Positions 40,189-49,854 are shown, counted from the stretch's first letter. The stretch is 64,000 bases of DNA from an uncultured virus (IMG/VR IMGVR_UViG_3300031673_008321) (IMGVR_UViG_3300031673_008321), one strand, 5' to 3'. Numbers and translations are program-made. The notes: generated by a model not told the origin, from the letters alone.

Positions 40189-40841
40189 TTGGATTAGATT
40201 TAGATTCAGTTTTGTGTAATACAGAGTATGCTCTTGATAAATATCTGCGTGAAGAGCTTGGTGTCTTTCTTGACTGGGAAAATGAAGTAGATCAATATAA
40301 TATTGAGGAATTACCAAGAATTTTACCAGAGCAAAAAATTCAGATAGTAGAAGTTATTCATAGTGGTGCTTTGTTTGAGTCCTTGTATCCCCATAACTAC
40401 AGTGAGCACGCTACTAAAAAGTTAAAAAATGAGGGCTTTGATATAGCTATTGTTACTAGCCGTCCTGAAAGTCTAAGAAGTATGACTGTGGATTGGCTTG
40501 ATCGATATGATATAATGTATGATATGCTTTATATGGTGCATAGCACAGCCAAGCACGAAATTATATGGGATTTAAATATCAAAGCCTTTGTAGAAGATAG
40601 ATTTGATATATTGGAAATGATTGTTGATAGGTGTGGTGTATTGAGTTATGGTTTGTATGTTGTAAACCACCCCTGGAATAAAAACGATCGTCATGAACAA
40701 GTTATTAGAGTAGACGATGTATCTCAAGCAGTGGATAAGATTGTTGAATATAGGAAATGGTTGGGTTATTTTACCCATAAGTGTCAGGGCAACATAGAAA
40801 AATTTATAAAGGAGTATCAAGATGGCAAAGGTGCGATGTAG
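40176..40841 (+). CDS. HAD 5'(3')-deoxyribonucleotidase-like protein
   Basis: GLDLDSV, VTSR, FVED, PWN. Confidence 0.8.
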   Translation: MRDVIGLDLDSVLCNTEYALDKYLREELGVFLDWENEVDQYNIEELPRILPEQKIQIVEVIHSGALFESLYPHNYSEHATKKLKNEGFDIAIVTSRPESLRSMTVDWLDRYDIMYDMLYMVHSTAKHEIIWDLNIKAFVEDRFDILEMIVDRCGVLSYGLYVVNHPWNKNDRHEQVIRVDDVSQAVDKIVEYRKWLGYFTHKCQGNIEKFIKEYQDGKGAM

Positions 40842-41166
40842 ATTTTGTGAGTTTGAGAATGATCAGAAGTGTAAAGCGAAGAAAAACATGACGGTAAAGG
40901 TAAATAAGAAAAGAGCTTGTACGTCTTACAAGCCCAACGAAGAGAAAATACTGAATTTTTTAGATAGCAAGCAGAATATTAAAACTACTATGAGGCCAGA
41001 TTGGTTGTGGAGTAGAAAAGATCGTAAGGCAGCAAGAGATAAAGCCATTAAGGCAGAAATGAATCAATATCAGACTACAGCTGTACCAGATAGTAAGCAC
41101 CCTCTGACTGGTGATTTGAGTAGATTTACTAAACCCGCACCGCAGGAGACGATAGATGGGCAATAG
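40822..41166 (+). CDS. Hypothetical basic protein
   Basis: AAGGAG RBS; CxxC near the N-terminus. Confidence 0.65.
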   Translation: MAKVRCRFCEFENDQKCKAKKNMTVKVNKKRACTSYKPNEEKILNFLDSKQNIKTTMRPDWLWSRKDRKAARDKAIKAEMNQYQTTAVPDSKHPLTGDLSRFTKPAPQETIDGQ

Positions 41167-41187
41167 ACAGTGGTGTATTATAGTACT

Positions 41188-41823
41188 ATGATGAAACATC
41201 CAGCTAAATATACAGATTGTTTGTTGCCAATATTTTCTAAATATTTGAAAAATAATATTTTAGTGTTAGATCCGTTTGCAGGCACGGGCAAACTTAAAGA
41301 AATCGTGCCAAATGCTATTTTATTAGAAATTGAGCCCGAGTGGGCAGAAATGAGTGGAGCCATTGTAGCTGATTCACAACATATGCCTTTACGCGATAAT
41401 GTTTTTGATGCAGTATGCACTTCTCCAACTTACGGAAATAGAATGGCAGATCATTTTGTTGATCATCAAACCCACAAGAATTATGTAAGAAACACTTACC
41501 GACATTGTCTTGGTAGATCATTAAACCCAAACAATTCTGGCAGAATGCAGTGGGGAAATAAATATAAAGAACTTCATATTGCTGTGTGGAAAGAGTGTGA
41601 GCGAGTATTAAAAAAGGACGGTCTATTTATATTAAACATTAGTGATCATATTAGATCTGGAAAACAGATATATGTGTCTGATTGGCATGTTAAAATATTA
41701 ACATCTATGAAATTTGAATTATTGGAAAGTCTTAAAGTAGAAACACCGAGACAAAGGATGGGAAAGAATTCAGAGTTAAGAGTAGACTGTGAGTATGTTT
41801 TTATTTTTAAGAGGGTGTCTTAA
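41188..41823 (+). CDS. Amino-(N4/N6) DNA methyltransferase-like protein
   Basis: HPA, LDPFAGTG, TSPTY, RVLKKDG. Confidence 0.75.
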   Translation: MMKHPAKYTDCLLPIFSKYLKNNILVLDPFAGTGKLKEIVPNAILLEIEPEWAEMSGAIVADSQHMPLRDNVFDAVCTSPTYGNRMADHFVDHQTHKNYVRNTYRHCLGRSLNPNNSGRMQWGNKYKELHIAVWKECERVLKKDGLFILNISDHIRSGKQIYVSDWHVKILTSMKFELLESLKVETPRQRMGKNSELRVDCEYVFIFKRVS

Positions 41824-42431
41824 TGGGTAGTTTTCCGACATATAATTTAGAATTAGAACTAAAAAACAAAGGATATCAATGTATTATAGGAATTGATGAA
41901 GCTGGTAGGGGAGGGCTTGCATTAGGCGTCGTTGCGGCAGCAGTAAATATTCCAGATGGATTCAATTTTACTGGTATTAATGATAGTAAAAAATTATCTA
42001 GCAAAAAACGTGAATTATTCTATAATAAAATTATAGATGAATGTGATTATGCAATTTCTTATGTAGATGAAAAGATAATAGATAGTATTAATATTTTAAA
42101 TGCTACAAAACTTGCGATGCGCCAATGTGTTTATAAAATGCCAAAGTCGGATTTTGTTTTAGTTGATGGAAATTTTATAATAGACAACATTGATGTTGAT
42201 CAAAGATCAATAATTAAGGGGGATACATTAGTGGTTTCAATAAGCGCTGCATCTATTTTGGCCAAACATTATAGAGATGCTTTAGTAATAGAACACCATA
42301 AAAAATTTCCTATTTATGAATGGGATAAGAATAAAACTTATGGAACTCGAAAACATAAGGAATTGATAAAATTATATAAACCGTCAATGTATCATCGTAA
42401 ATCATTTTCTGGAGTCAGAGAATATGCTTAA
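41823..42431 (+). CDS. rnhB: Ribonuclease HII
   Basis: GIDEAGRG, DSKKL, LVDG, KGD, AASILAK, HRKSF. Confidence 0.93.
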   Translation: MGSFPTYNLELELKNKGYQCIIGIDEAGRGGLALGVVAAAVNIPDGFNFTGINDSKKLSSKKRELFYNKIIDECDYAISYVDEKIIDSINILNATKLAMRQCVYKMPKSDFVLVDGNFIIDNIDVDQRSIIKGDTLVVSISAASILAKHYRDALVIEHHKKFPIYEWDKNKTYGTRKHKELIKLYKPSMYHRKSFSGVREYA

Positions 42432-43533
42432 GGAACTCGAATTGGTTGGAAAGAGGTTTGGTAGATTAACAATAGTTAGCCGTGCTAACAAAAATAATTC
42501 TGGTAATTATTTATGGAAATGTAAATGTAGTTGTGGCAATGAATCAATTGTAGCATATGGTGCACTTACTAGTGGCAGAACACGTAGCTGTGGTTGTTTA
42601 AATTCCGAACTGTCTTCAGCCAGGTGTATGATAGATCTTGTAGGCAAAAAATTTGGTCGAATTACTATTGTAGAGCGTGCTTACAAAAATGAGCGTGGTC
42701 AATATTTATGGAAATGTATATGTTCGTGTGGTAACAAACTCATGTTGGTAGGATCTAAATTAGTGAATGGCCACACGAAAAGTTGTGGCTGTTTGAGCGG
42801 AGAAAGATACACTGACCTTTTAGGAAAAAGATTCGGAAAACTTAAAGTAATTGCTAGAGATTCTAATAGTGATAGGCTAATGTCAATGTGGAAGTGTGGG
42901 TGCGATTGTGGTGAAGAGTCAGTTGTACGTGGTACTTCATTGACTGGCGGTAGTACTAAAAGTTGTGGATGTGCTATTTCAGGAAAAAACAGTAAGTTCT
43001 GGAAGGGCGGTGTATCTAGAGAAGATAAACCGTTATATAATACATATGCTGATAGGCTGTATCAATATGAAGATATAAGAAAAAATAATAGTAAATTACT
43101 TGAAGCGCGGTGCACCTATTGTGGAAGATGGTTTGTACCAACCGCTTCTTCAGTTAGAAGTAGAATTAAAGCTTTAAACTCTACTGGTGCTGAAAATAGA
43201 TTATATTGTTCAGAAGCATGTAAAGGGGCTTGCCCTGTATATAAGCAAATTTTATGGCCAAAAGGATTTAAGCCAGCAACTTCTCGTGAAGTTCAGCCTC
43301 AATTAAGGCAACTAGTTTTTGAAAGAGATAATCATACTTGCCAAAAATGCGGCAAAACTGTTGATGAAGCACAAATTCATTGCCACCACATTGATCCAGT
43401 TGCTAAAAATCCAATTGAATCGGCTGATATGGATAGTTGTATAACTTTTTGTAAGAATTGCCATAAAGAAGTTCATCAACAAGATGGATGTAAATATCAT
43501 GAATTAAGATGTAAGGAAATGTACCATGGCTGA
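42424..43533 (+). CDS. HNH homing endonuclease with three G++FG+L...W.C.C.CG...SCGC repeats
   Basis: Three N-terminal repeats, WKGG linker, RD.HTCQKC...HCHHIDP...CKNCH. Confidence 0.85.
   Translation: MLKELELVGKRFGRLTIVSRANKNNSGNYLWKCKCSCGNESIVAYGALTSGRTRSCGCLNSELSSARCMIDLVGKKFGRITIVERAYKNERGQYLWKCICSCGNKLMLVGSKLVNGHTKSCGCLSGERYTDLLGKRFGKLKVIARDSNSDRLMSMWKCGCDCGEESVVRGTSLTGGSTKSCGCAISGKNSKFWKGGVSREDKPLYNTYADRLYQYEDIRKNNSKLLEARCTYCGRWFVPTASSVRSRIKALNSTGAENRLYCSEACKGACPVYKQILWPKGFKPATSREVQPQLRQLVFERDNHTCQKCGKTVDEAQIHCHHIDPVAKNPIESADMDSCITFCKNCHKEVHQQDGCKYHELRCKEMYHG
43258..43513 (+). repeat. Copy A of a 256-bp colinear HNH-domain repeat (copy B 62233-62488)
   Basis: Both copies run from CCAAAAGG.TTTAAGCCAGCAACTTC to AAATATCATGAATTAAGATGTA and have the same length. 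Confidence 0.85.
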
Positions 43534-43939
43534 CGTCAAAATGGTTATAGTGATTCGAAAAGATCTTCATATGAGGGCCGGGAAAATGGCAGCCCAGGCC
43601 TGCCATGCCAGTCTAAAAGTTATATTAGATAGGATGGCTACTAATCATTATTATTATGGCCATGGAACTAGGGTCGAGTGGGTTCTTGGTACTGATTTAG
43701 GCACGCCCATGTATGATTGGTTGGTTAATGGATTCACTAAAGTAGTTCTGTATGTTGAATCGGAAGACGCTATTACAGCATTAGCTAACAGATGTCATTT
43801 TATGCAAGTTCCACATGCAGTTATAACTGATGCTGGAAGAACAGAATTTCACGGAGAACCAACAGTGACTTGTATTGCTATAGGCCCAGATTATTCAGAA
43901 AAAATAGATGATATTACGGGAGATTTGCCTTTACTATAA
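43526..43939 (+). CDS. pth2: Peptidyl-tRNA hydrolase, Pth2 family
   Basis: RKDL.M..GK.AAQACHA, KVVL, DAGRTE, T.IAIGP, TGDLPLL. Confidence 0.92.
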   Translation: MADVKMVIVIRKDLHMRAGKMAAQACHASLKVILDRMATNHYYYGHGTRVEWVLGTDLGTPMYDWLVNGFTKVVLYVESEDAITALANRCHFMQVPHAVITDAGRTEFHGEPTVTCIAIGPDYSEKIDDITGDLPLL

Positions 43940-44871
43940 TGAAAGAACAAGAATTAGCACTGAAAAATTTAATCCTTAAAGTAAGAGTGGGAAGCCATCT
44001 CTACGGCACCGACACGCCCGAGTCGGACGAAGATTTCGTAGGAATTTTTGTGCCTAATGCTGAATATTTGTTGGGACTAAAGAGAATTGAAGAGGTTGAT
44101 CTTGGAGTTAAATCTAAAGATGCTGCGGGTAAGAATACCAAAGACGCCATTGACTTTAAAGCCCACCCCTTGGAGAATTTTGCGAGCTTGGCGTTGCAAA
44201 ATAATCCTAATATTTTAGAAATCTTGTTCGTTGACCCTGCCAATGTGGTATTCGCTAACGATATTGGTTATCAGTTATTGAATTTGAGACACGAGTTCTT
44301 ATCTACTAGAATTAAACATAGGTTCTTGGGATATGCTTTTTCTCAAAAACATAAAATGGTAATCAAACTTGAGAACTACGAAAAATTAGTAGAAGCGGTT
44401 GAGTATCTTGACCACTGTACTGATAAACAGTTCTTATTAGATATAGAACATCACCCTATTTTTGTTAGAAAGAAAGATCATGTGACTGTGGGAGATATGA
44501 ACATGCCTATTACGGTCACTACTAAGAAGGCTAAGAAACTATTAGGTGATAGACTGGCTAAGTTCGGCAGTCGTCAAGAGTTGGTGTCTAAATATGGCTA
44601 TGATGTGAAATTTGCTATGAATTTAATTAGATTGCTAAAAGAGGGCCAAGAATTATTATCAACCGGCGATTTAAAATTTCCACTTCAATGCGGAGATTTG
44701 TTGAAGGATATTAGATATGGAAAGTATTCAATGAACGCTGTTCTATCATTGGCTGATGTAATTGAAAAAGAAGTGGAAGGTCTGTATGAAACTACTAAAC
44801 TGCCACACTCTCCTAATAGAGAATTGGTGGAAAAGTTTGTTATTGAAACACATAGGAGTTATATACTATAA
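43939..44871 (+). CDS. Pol-beta-family nucleotidyltransferase (RlaP/YcgL-like)
   Basis: GSHLYGT.TP.SD.D, NPNILE, YDVKFA.NLIRL, IRYG. Confidence 0.85.
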   Translation: MKEQELALKNLILKVRVGSHLYGTDTPESDEDFVGIFVPNAEYLLGLKRIEEVDLGVKSKDAAGKNTKDAIDFKAHPLENFASLALQNNPNILEILFVDPANVVFANDIGYQLLNLRHEFLSTRIKHRFLGYAFSQKHKMVIKLENYEKLVEAVEYLDHCTDKQFLLDIEHHPIFVRKKDHVTVGDMNMPITVTTKKAKKLLGDRLAKFGSRQELVSKYGYDVKFAMNLIRLLKEGQELLSTGDLKFPLQCGDLLKDIRYGKYSMNAVLSLADVIEKEVEGLYETTKLPHSPNRELVEKFVIETHRSYIL

Positions 44872-45191
44872 TGGAAATAATTGGAAAAGATGGGGAAATA
44901 GAACCGCAAATATATAAAGAAGAGTGGGAAAGAAAGACAAGCTTTAAAACTGATAGAGAGGTACGTATACTAAGAGAAGATGGTGAGTGGGAGTTGTCTA
45001 CTATTAGTAAGGTGAAAGCTGGCGATACATTTAGGATATACGCTATACCTGCTACTGGATTTACTATTGGTTATGACAATGAGTATGTGATTTTGGAATA
45101 TGAGGCAATAGCAGACGCTTGTATAGGCGCTAATGGTGCTTGGGAAGCAGACTGTTTTGTGTGGGAAGAAGAAGATGATAGATCCATCTAA
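44871..45191 (+). CDS. Hypothetical acidic protein
   Basis: Stop/start overlap; AGGAG upstream. Confidence 0.6.
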   Translation: MEIIGKDGEIEPQIYKEEWERKTSFKTDREVRILREDGEWELSTISKVKAGDTFRIYAIPATGFTIGYDNEYVILEYEAIADACIGANGAWEADCFVWEEEDDRSI

Positions 45192-45732
45192 CATAACGAA
45201 TTATAACCTAACCGAACCAGAATTAGAAGAGGTTCTAATATTCTGGATATGTGTAGCCGGTAAAACAGCGGCTACTATTGCAAAGGCAGTAGAGAAGTTG
45301 CTGACGGATATAAAAGGAGTAACCCCTTTTACCAAAATAAATCAGTATGGCTACGAAAAATTATCGGATAAACTGAAAGAGTGTGGTATCGGTTGTTATA
45401 CACTTAAAGCAAAATCTTTATGGGCACTAGTTAATTCCAATTTAGATTTGCGAACTTGTAGTTTGGGAGAGTTAGAGAGTATTCCTGGTATAGGGCGGAA
45501 GACTTCACGATGCTTTGTTATGCACTCCCGCCGAAATGCAAAATGTGCGGGGCTGGACACTCACATACTAAAATTTTTGCGGAGTAAAGGGCACGTAGTG
45601 CCAACCTCAACGCCGGGAAGTAAAAAGAAATATTTTGAATTGGAACGGATATTTTTGAAATATGTTCAAGCATCAGGACAAACTGCTGCCGATTTTGATT
45701 TAAATGTTTGGAGGAGTTATGCAAAAAGCTGA
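45175..45732 (+). CDS. HhH-GPD DNA glycosylase-like protein (Ogg2-like)
   Basis: LESIPGIGRKT helix-hairpin-helix, LDTHIL, Y..LE, FDL.VW. Confidence 0.75.
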   Translation: MIDPSNITNYNLTEPELEEVLIFWICVAGKTAATIAKAVEKLLTDIKGVTPFTKINQYGYEKLSDKLKECGIGCYTLKAKSLWALVNSNLDLRTCSLGELESIPGIGRKTSRCFVMHSRRNAKCAGLDTHILKFLRSKGHVVPTSTPGSKKKYFELERIFLKYVQASGQTAADFDLNVWRSYAKS

Positions 45733-45967
45733 ATGTAATAAACATGAATTTTCTAAAAGTGTGCATGATATGGAGTTGCATGAAGAATTATTAGCGGAAC
45801 CACTTAAAGATATAACCGCTGGCGGATCTGAATTTGAATGTTTGCCTTTAAGAGTACTAAGAGTGTCTGGTGGTTGGTTATATTATAATATGTATGCCAG
45901 TAATGTTGGGGTGTTTGTACCATTTGATAATGAATTTGAAGGAGAAATTAATGGAAGAGATGATTGA
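45719..45967 (+). CDS. Hypothetical protein
   Basis: GGAGGAG RBS. Confidence 0.6.
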   Translation: MQKAECNKHEFSKSVHDMELHEELLAEPLKDITAGGSEFECLPLRVLRVSGGWLYYNMYASNVGVFVPFDNEFEGEINGRDD

Positions 45968-46103
45968 AATAACAAAAGAAGAATATGAAAGTCTTTTAAA
46001 TGATAGAAAGTGGTTATACGCTCTTGAAGGTGCTGGAGTGGATAACTGGGAAGGCTATGACATTGCTAAAGATTACTATGATGATAGACATAGCAATGAA
46101 TGA
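45951..46103 (+). CDS. Small phage-type hypothetical protein
   Basis: AAGGAG RBS; LEGAGVDNWEGY motif resembles small phage proteins. Confidence 0.65.
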   Translation: MEEMIEITKEEYESLLNDRKWLYALEGAGVDNWEGYDIAKDYYDDRHSNE

Positions 46104-46112
46104 TGAGAGTGT

Positions 46113-46403
46113 TTGGAGGTATTATGCCGACACAAAAAGAACTTTTCGACGGATTTTAAAGAAGATTATTGGGAAGAAATTAAAAAAGACCCAAGAAAAT
46201 TAGGTAATATTATAAAATCTGTAATTAATACTATAGCCGGTGTGTCTAAAAACCGTAAAACGGTATTTACTGATTTTCAATTTATCGACAAGGCTAAAAG
46301 ATTTCAGTTTTGTTTTGAACTTTATGATGTTAGTGATGAAGAACAAAGGAAAACATACTTAGAGAAGTCGGATCCTAAAGAAAGAGAACGGTATAAATTG
46401 TAA
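46113..46403 (+). CDS. Hypothetical protein
   Basis: Fills the gap; start uncertain. Confidence 0.45.
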   Translation: MEVLCRHKKNFSTDFKEDYWEEIKKDPRKLGNIIKSVINTIAGVSKNRKTVFTDFQFIDKAKRFQFCFELYDVSDEEQRKTYLEKSDPKERERYKL

Positions 46404-46417
46404 ACAAGGGAATAAAA

Positions 46418-46651
46418 ATGATAGAATATGTGAAATTAGAGCCGGGTGAATGGTTTATTATGCTAGAAAATTATTATTGGTATAAAGGAGAAGAACATTT
46501 TCTTACTTTTGTGCCTGAGCCAGAAACCTTTGAGGAATTTGAAAATCGTTTACATTTATATTATGATCTACCTGAAGATGTATTTTTTAAAGTATATTAT
46601 TATAATTATTATAATTTTGCAATCTTGTGTAAAAACTGCGAGGAGAATTAA
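46418..46651 (+). CDS. Hypothetical protein
   Basis: AAGGG RBS. Confidence 0.55.
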   Translation: MIEYVKLEPGEWFIMLENYYWYKGEEHFLTFVPEPETFEEFENRLHLYYDLPEDVFFKVYYYNYYNFAILCKNCEEN

Positions 46652-46652
46652 A

Positions 46653-46829
46653 ATGACTAAGTTAAAGTTTCTGTGGATAAGAGTTAAATATCAATATTAC
46701 AAATTATATTGGAAAGTAAGACCGCCTAAACAGAAGCGTAGTAAATTCTATGATTGGCACGAAATTAGTTATGATGTGTTAGATCAGAATGCTGTAGGGA
46801 TAGGAGTTATTGATGTTAGAATTAAATAA
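46653..46829 (+). CDS. Small hypothetical protein
   Basis: GAGGAG RBS before the ATG at 46653. Confidence 0.55.
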   Translation: MTKLKFLWIRVKYQYYKLYWKVRPPKQKRSKFYDWHEISYDVLDQNAVGIGVIDVRIK

Positions 46830-47586
46830 AGTATACAATATGGATGTTTTTGACATGCTTAAACAAATAGATGATGATAGCGCAGATTTGTTTATAGCTG
46901 ATCCTGATTATAATGTGGGGATTAAATATAATAAGAAATCTTATAAAACGGATTTTGATAGTTACATTAGTGCATATATATCATTAGCATCAGAAGCTTG
47001 TAGAATACTTAAAGACACAGGTAACGCTATATTTATTAATTATGATAAGAATAACTCATATTTGCGTTGCTTGTATCTTGACAGAGCGTTCTATGAGGTC
47101 GTTAATTACGTGTGGGTGTATGCTACAAATACAGGGTTTTCGCCAACTAAATTAACAACTGCTCATAGAAGTATTCTTCATGCTCGTAAAAGTAAAGATT
47201 CTAATATGTATAAAGATAATATAGCGGAGAGATATAAAAACCCCTCTGATAAACGGATAAGGAGATTGATAAAATCAGGGTCCAGAGGAAGGATGCCCTA
47301 TTCTTGGCGATATTGTAATCAGGTTAAAAATGTTTCTAAAATAAAGCGGGGAATAGATCATCACCCGTGCGTAATTCCAAATGATATTACGGCTCTTTTT
47401 GTAAAAGGTATGACCCAAGTAGATGATCTTGTGATCATTCCTTATGCGGGTTCGGGAGCGGAAATAAATGTGTGTAGAAAATTGGGCAGACAATTTATAA
47501 GTGCAGAAGTTGATGGTGATTTTTGTGAACATATTGAGAGACAGTTGGATGCAGAAATCCTAACATTTGAGGAGAACGTACAATGA
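46810..47586 (+). CDS. Beta-class N4/N6 DNA methyltransferase
   Basis: ADPDY (DPPY variant), HPCVIP, IPYAGSG, LGRQFI. Confidence 0.82.
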   Translation: MMLELNKVYNMDVFDMLKQIDDDSADLFIADPDYNVGIKYNKKSYKTDFDSYISAYISLASEACRILKDTGNAIFINYDKNNSYLRCLYLDRAFYEVVNYVWVYATNTGFSPTKLTTAHRSILHARKSKDSNMYKDNIAERYKNPSDKRIRRLIKSGSRGRMPYSWRYCNQVKNVSKIKRGIDHHPCVIPNDITALFVKGMTQVDDLVIIPYAGSGAEINVCRKLGRQFISAEVDGDFCEHIERQLDAEILTFEENVQ

Positions 47587-47867
47587 TAGTAGTTGATTAC
47601 GACCACAAATATACTGTGAAGTTCTATTGTGATGGGTGTGATTTTCATGGGGAGTATGACACTAGTAGTTTATTAACTGACAATTGTGTTATTGATGTTG
47701 ATGTGATTTGTGATTTATGTGGTGATTCTTATGTGTTGTATATATTGAAGTGTGGAGATGCCGCACAAGCTAAAGAATTGAATGCCAGATTGGAGTTCTT
47801 AAAAATAAAAAGGGCTGTGGAGGAAAAAGAATATGGCGATCATGGTGATGGGCCGAGTAGAGATTGA
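47583..47867 (+). CDS. Hypothetical zinc-binding protein
   Basis: CDGC, CDLC; GAGGAG RBS. Confidence 0.6.
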   Translation: MIVVDYDHKYTVKFYCDGCDFHGEYDTSSLLTDNCVIDVDVICDLCGDSYVLYILKCGDAAQAKELNARLEFLKIKRAVEEKEYGDHGDGPSRD

Positions 47868-48030
47868 ACAGTATAAAGAGGATATCGATATAGTAGATCT
47901 GAAAGTTTTGCTGGAAGACATTTTGAAGCAGATTGCAGTAGTAGATTTAGATTATCTGTATGAGTTACGAGGGTATGTAGAAAATTTAATTGATAATTTT
48001 AAAGAATTTGAATTGGAGGAAGACGATTAA
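47833..48030 (+). CDS. Small acidic hypothetical protein
   Basis: GGAGG RBS. Confidence 0.55.
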   Translation: MAIMVMGRVEIEQYKEDIDIVDLKVLLEDILKQIAVVDLDYLYELRGYVENLIDNFKEFELEEDD

Positions 48031-48524
48031 TGGAAAAGGTAAGTTGGGATGATTATTTTATGACAATGATGTACTTGGCTGCTATGCGTAGTAAAGATAA
48101 AAGCACACATATAGGAGCAGTTATAGTTGGGCCTGATAATGAGATTAGATCTACAGGATACAATAGTTTTCCAAGGCGTATTAGAGATGATGTGCCTGAG
48201 AGACAAGAGAGGCCGGAAAAGTATTTTTGGTTTTCTCATGCCGAAAGAAACTCCATCTACAATGCGGCTATGGTGGGAATTCCTGTTAAAGGGTGTCGGA
48301 TGTATACAAACGGAATTCCGTGCAATGACTGTGCTTGGGGTATAATTAATTGTCGTATTGCTGAGGTCATAGTGGATAAAACATGGGATGACAATAACTA
48401 TGCTCAGTGGAAGGAGCACGCAGAGCGTTCCAAAGTAATGTTTGAAGAAGCTGGTGTTAAACTAAGATTTTGGGAAGGAGAACTACTAGACATACACCGA
48501 TTTAGAAGTGGAAAAAAATTCTAA
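48030..48524 (+). CDS. dCMP deaminase
   Basis: WDDYFM, RSKD, GYN, HAERN, PCNDC. Confidence 0.93.
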   Translation: MEKVSWDDYFMTMMYLAAMRSKDKSTHIGAVIVGPDNEIRSTGYNSFPRRIRDDVPERQERPEKYFWFSHAERNSIYNAAMVGIPVKGCRMYTNGIPCNDCAWGIINCRIAEVIVDKTWDDNNYAQWKEHAERSKVMFEEAGVKLRFWEGELLDIHRFRSGKKF

Positions 48525-48535
48525 GGAGGAAAACA

Positions 48536-49177
48536 TTGCCGACATTAGAAAATGGTTATAATGTTGATCTTGTTAAGAAAAAATTGAGTAGGAAAAAAAG
48601 GAGATGTTATATGCCTAAGAAAATGAAATTACCAAGAACTGAGCTGGAAGTTTTAGATAAAATAGTAGCTTGGTGTAAAGATAGGCACCCAAAAGTAGAA
48701 GTACAGAAAGCAGAGTACGAAAAATTAATAGAAAAAACAGGTAAAAAAAGAATAATTGATGCGACACTTATAGGTAAGTATAAAAGGCACGTCAGATCAG
48801 GTGCTAAAGGATGTTTAATATCAGAATTAGAATTTGAAGAGCACAAAAGTAAAAAGTATTCTATCTTAGATGATATGACGGAGATAACCGCTCTTCTGCG
48901 CAAGTTAGATTATTGGCGCAATGATATCCCACAATATTGGATAAAAATTGACAGGGACGCTACCCCATTTATGATAAATTATAGAGAAATTTATGATAGG
49001 CGCAGAGATTTAGATCAAATGCATCGTAGTGGTCAATGGCAGGAGCATGATCAAATTACAAGAATTAGAGCAGCTGTTAGAGAGACTAAAGAATCTAAAT
49101 GGCCTAAACATGTAATCATTGGCTGGGATGCAATTTTTAAAGAATTGCACAGGGTTTTAATATTGGCTGGGTTTTAA
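48536..49177 (+). CDS. Hypothetical basic protein
   Basis: AAGGAGG before the TTG start. Confidence 0.7.
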   Translation: MPTLENGYNVDLVKKKLSRKKRRCYMPKKMKLPRTELEVLDKIVAWCKDRHPKVEVQKAEYEKLIEKTGKKRIIDATLIGKYKRHVRSGAKGCLISELEFEEHKSKKYSILDDMTEITALLRKLDYWRNDIPQYWIKIDRDATPFMINYREIYDRRRDLDQMHRSGQWQEHDQITRIRAAVRETKESKWPKHVIIGWDAIFKELHRVLILAGF

Positions 49178-49189
49178 TTATTTTTTATC

Positions 49190-49217
49190 TAGCAAAATTC
49201 AAATTGTATTCTATAAT
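49190..49217 (+). promoter_or_regulatory. Phage promoter motif copy 4
   Basis: TTTATCTAGCAAAATTCAAATTGTATTCTATAATA, 16-nt spacer. Confidence 0.75.
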
Positions 49218-49224
49218 ATAGATG

Positions 49225-49259
49225 AAGGGTTAGTAGATTTTATCTACTAACCTTTTTTT
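49225..49259 (+). terminator. Intrinsic terminator-like hairpin
   Basis: GGTTAGTAGAT-TTT-ATCTACTAACC perfect 11-bp stem followed by T7. Confidence 0.7.
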
Positions 49260-49287
49260 ATTATAAAATTTTTGGAGGGAAATAAAA

Positions 49288-49806
49288 ATGGCTACAGATC
49301 AATTTGATAATTATCAATTAAATCCAAACGACCTTGGAAGCGATTGGGTATTTTCAGGTGACCAGGCCCATGGTACACGATCACCTAATTCTAAGATATC
49401 CAATTACAACATGTACTTTGTAGGTGCAAGAATGAGCTACGATCGTACAAGAACCACCCTTGGTGGTCCTGACCCAAAGATTAATCCAGAAAGAGTTATT
49501 GGAGCTGGTTTTAGCGGACATGGTGTTGACTGGGCAGAGTTCAACTATAATCCTTACGGTGGTAGGGGGGATGGTAATAATCCTAATTTTAGGATTCTGA
49601 ATGATTGGCTGCAGGTTACTGGTTTGGGCGGTATTAATGTAGTTACCGATGATGTTATGGATAAGGACGAAGTTGAAGCCAGTGGAATGGTTCAATATAG
49701 AAACTACCCATCTGAAGGATACAGTTCTTTTGGTAAAACAACAGGCGGTGCTTCTCCCGATCAACGTTGGGTATGGGGTGGATCTACATGGGTACCAGCA
49801 GCTTAA
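49288..49806 (+). CDS. Hypothetical Gly/Asn/Asp-rich protein, possibly virion-associated
   Basis: GGAGG RBS; low Lys and no Cys, unlike its neighbours; stands alone between two promoter motifs. Confidence 0.7.
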   Translation: MATDQFDNYQLNPNDLGSDWVFSGDQAHGTRSPNSKISNYNMYFVGARMSYDRTRTTLGGPDPKINPERVIGAGFSGHGVDWAEFNYNPYGGRGDGNNPNFRILNDWLQVTGLGGINVVTDDVMDKDEVEASGMVQYRNYPSEGYSSFGKTTGGASPDQRWVWGGSTWVPAA

Positions 49807-49826
49807 TATTTAATTAATTTTTTATC

Positions 49827-49854
49827 TAGCAAAAGTTTGATTTTATTCTATAAT
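49827..49854 (+). promoter_or_regulatory. Phage promoter motif copy 5
   Basis: TTTATCTAGCAAAAGTTTGATTTTATTCTATAATATAG, 16-nt spacer. Confidence 0.8.

Noticed and set aside
46000..46203. ORF-track 67-aa ORF
   Set aside because: Overlaps two better-supported ORFs in other frames and has no clear RBS.
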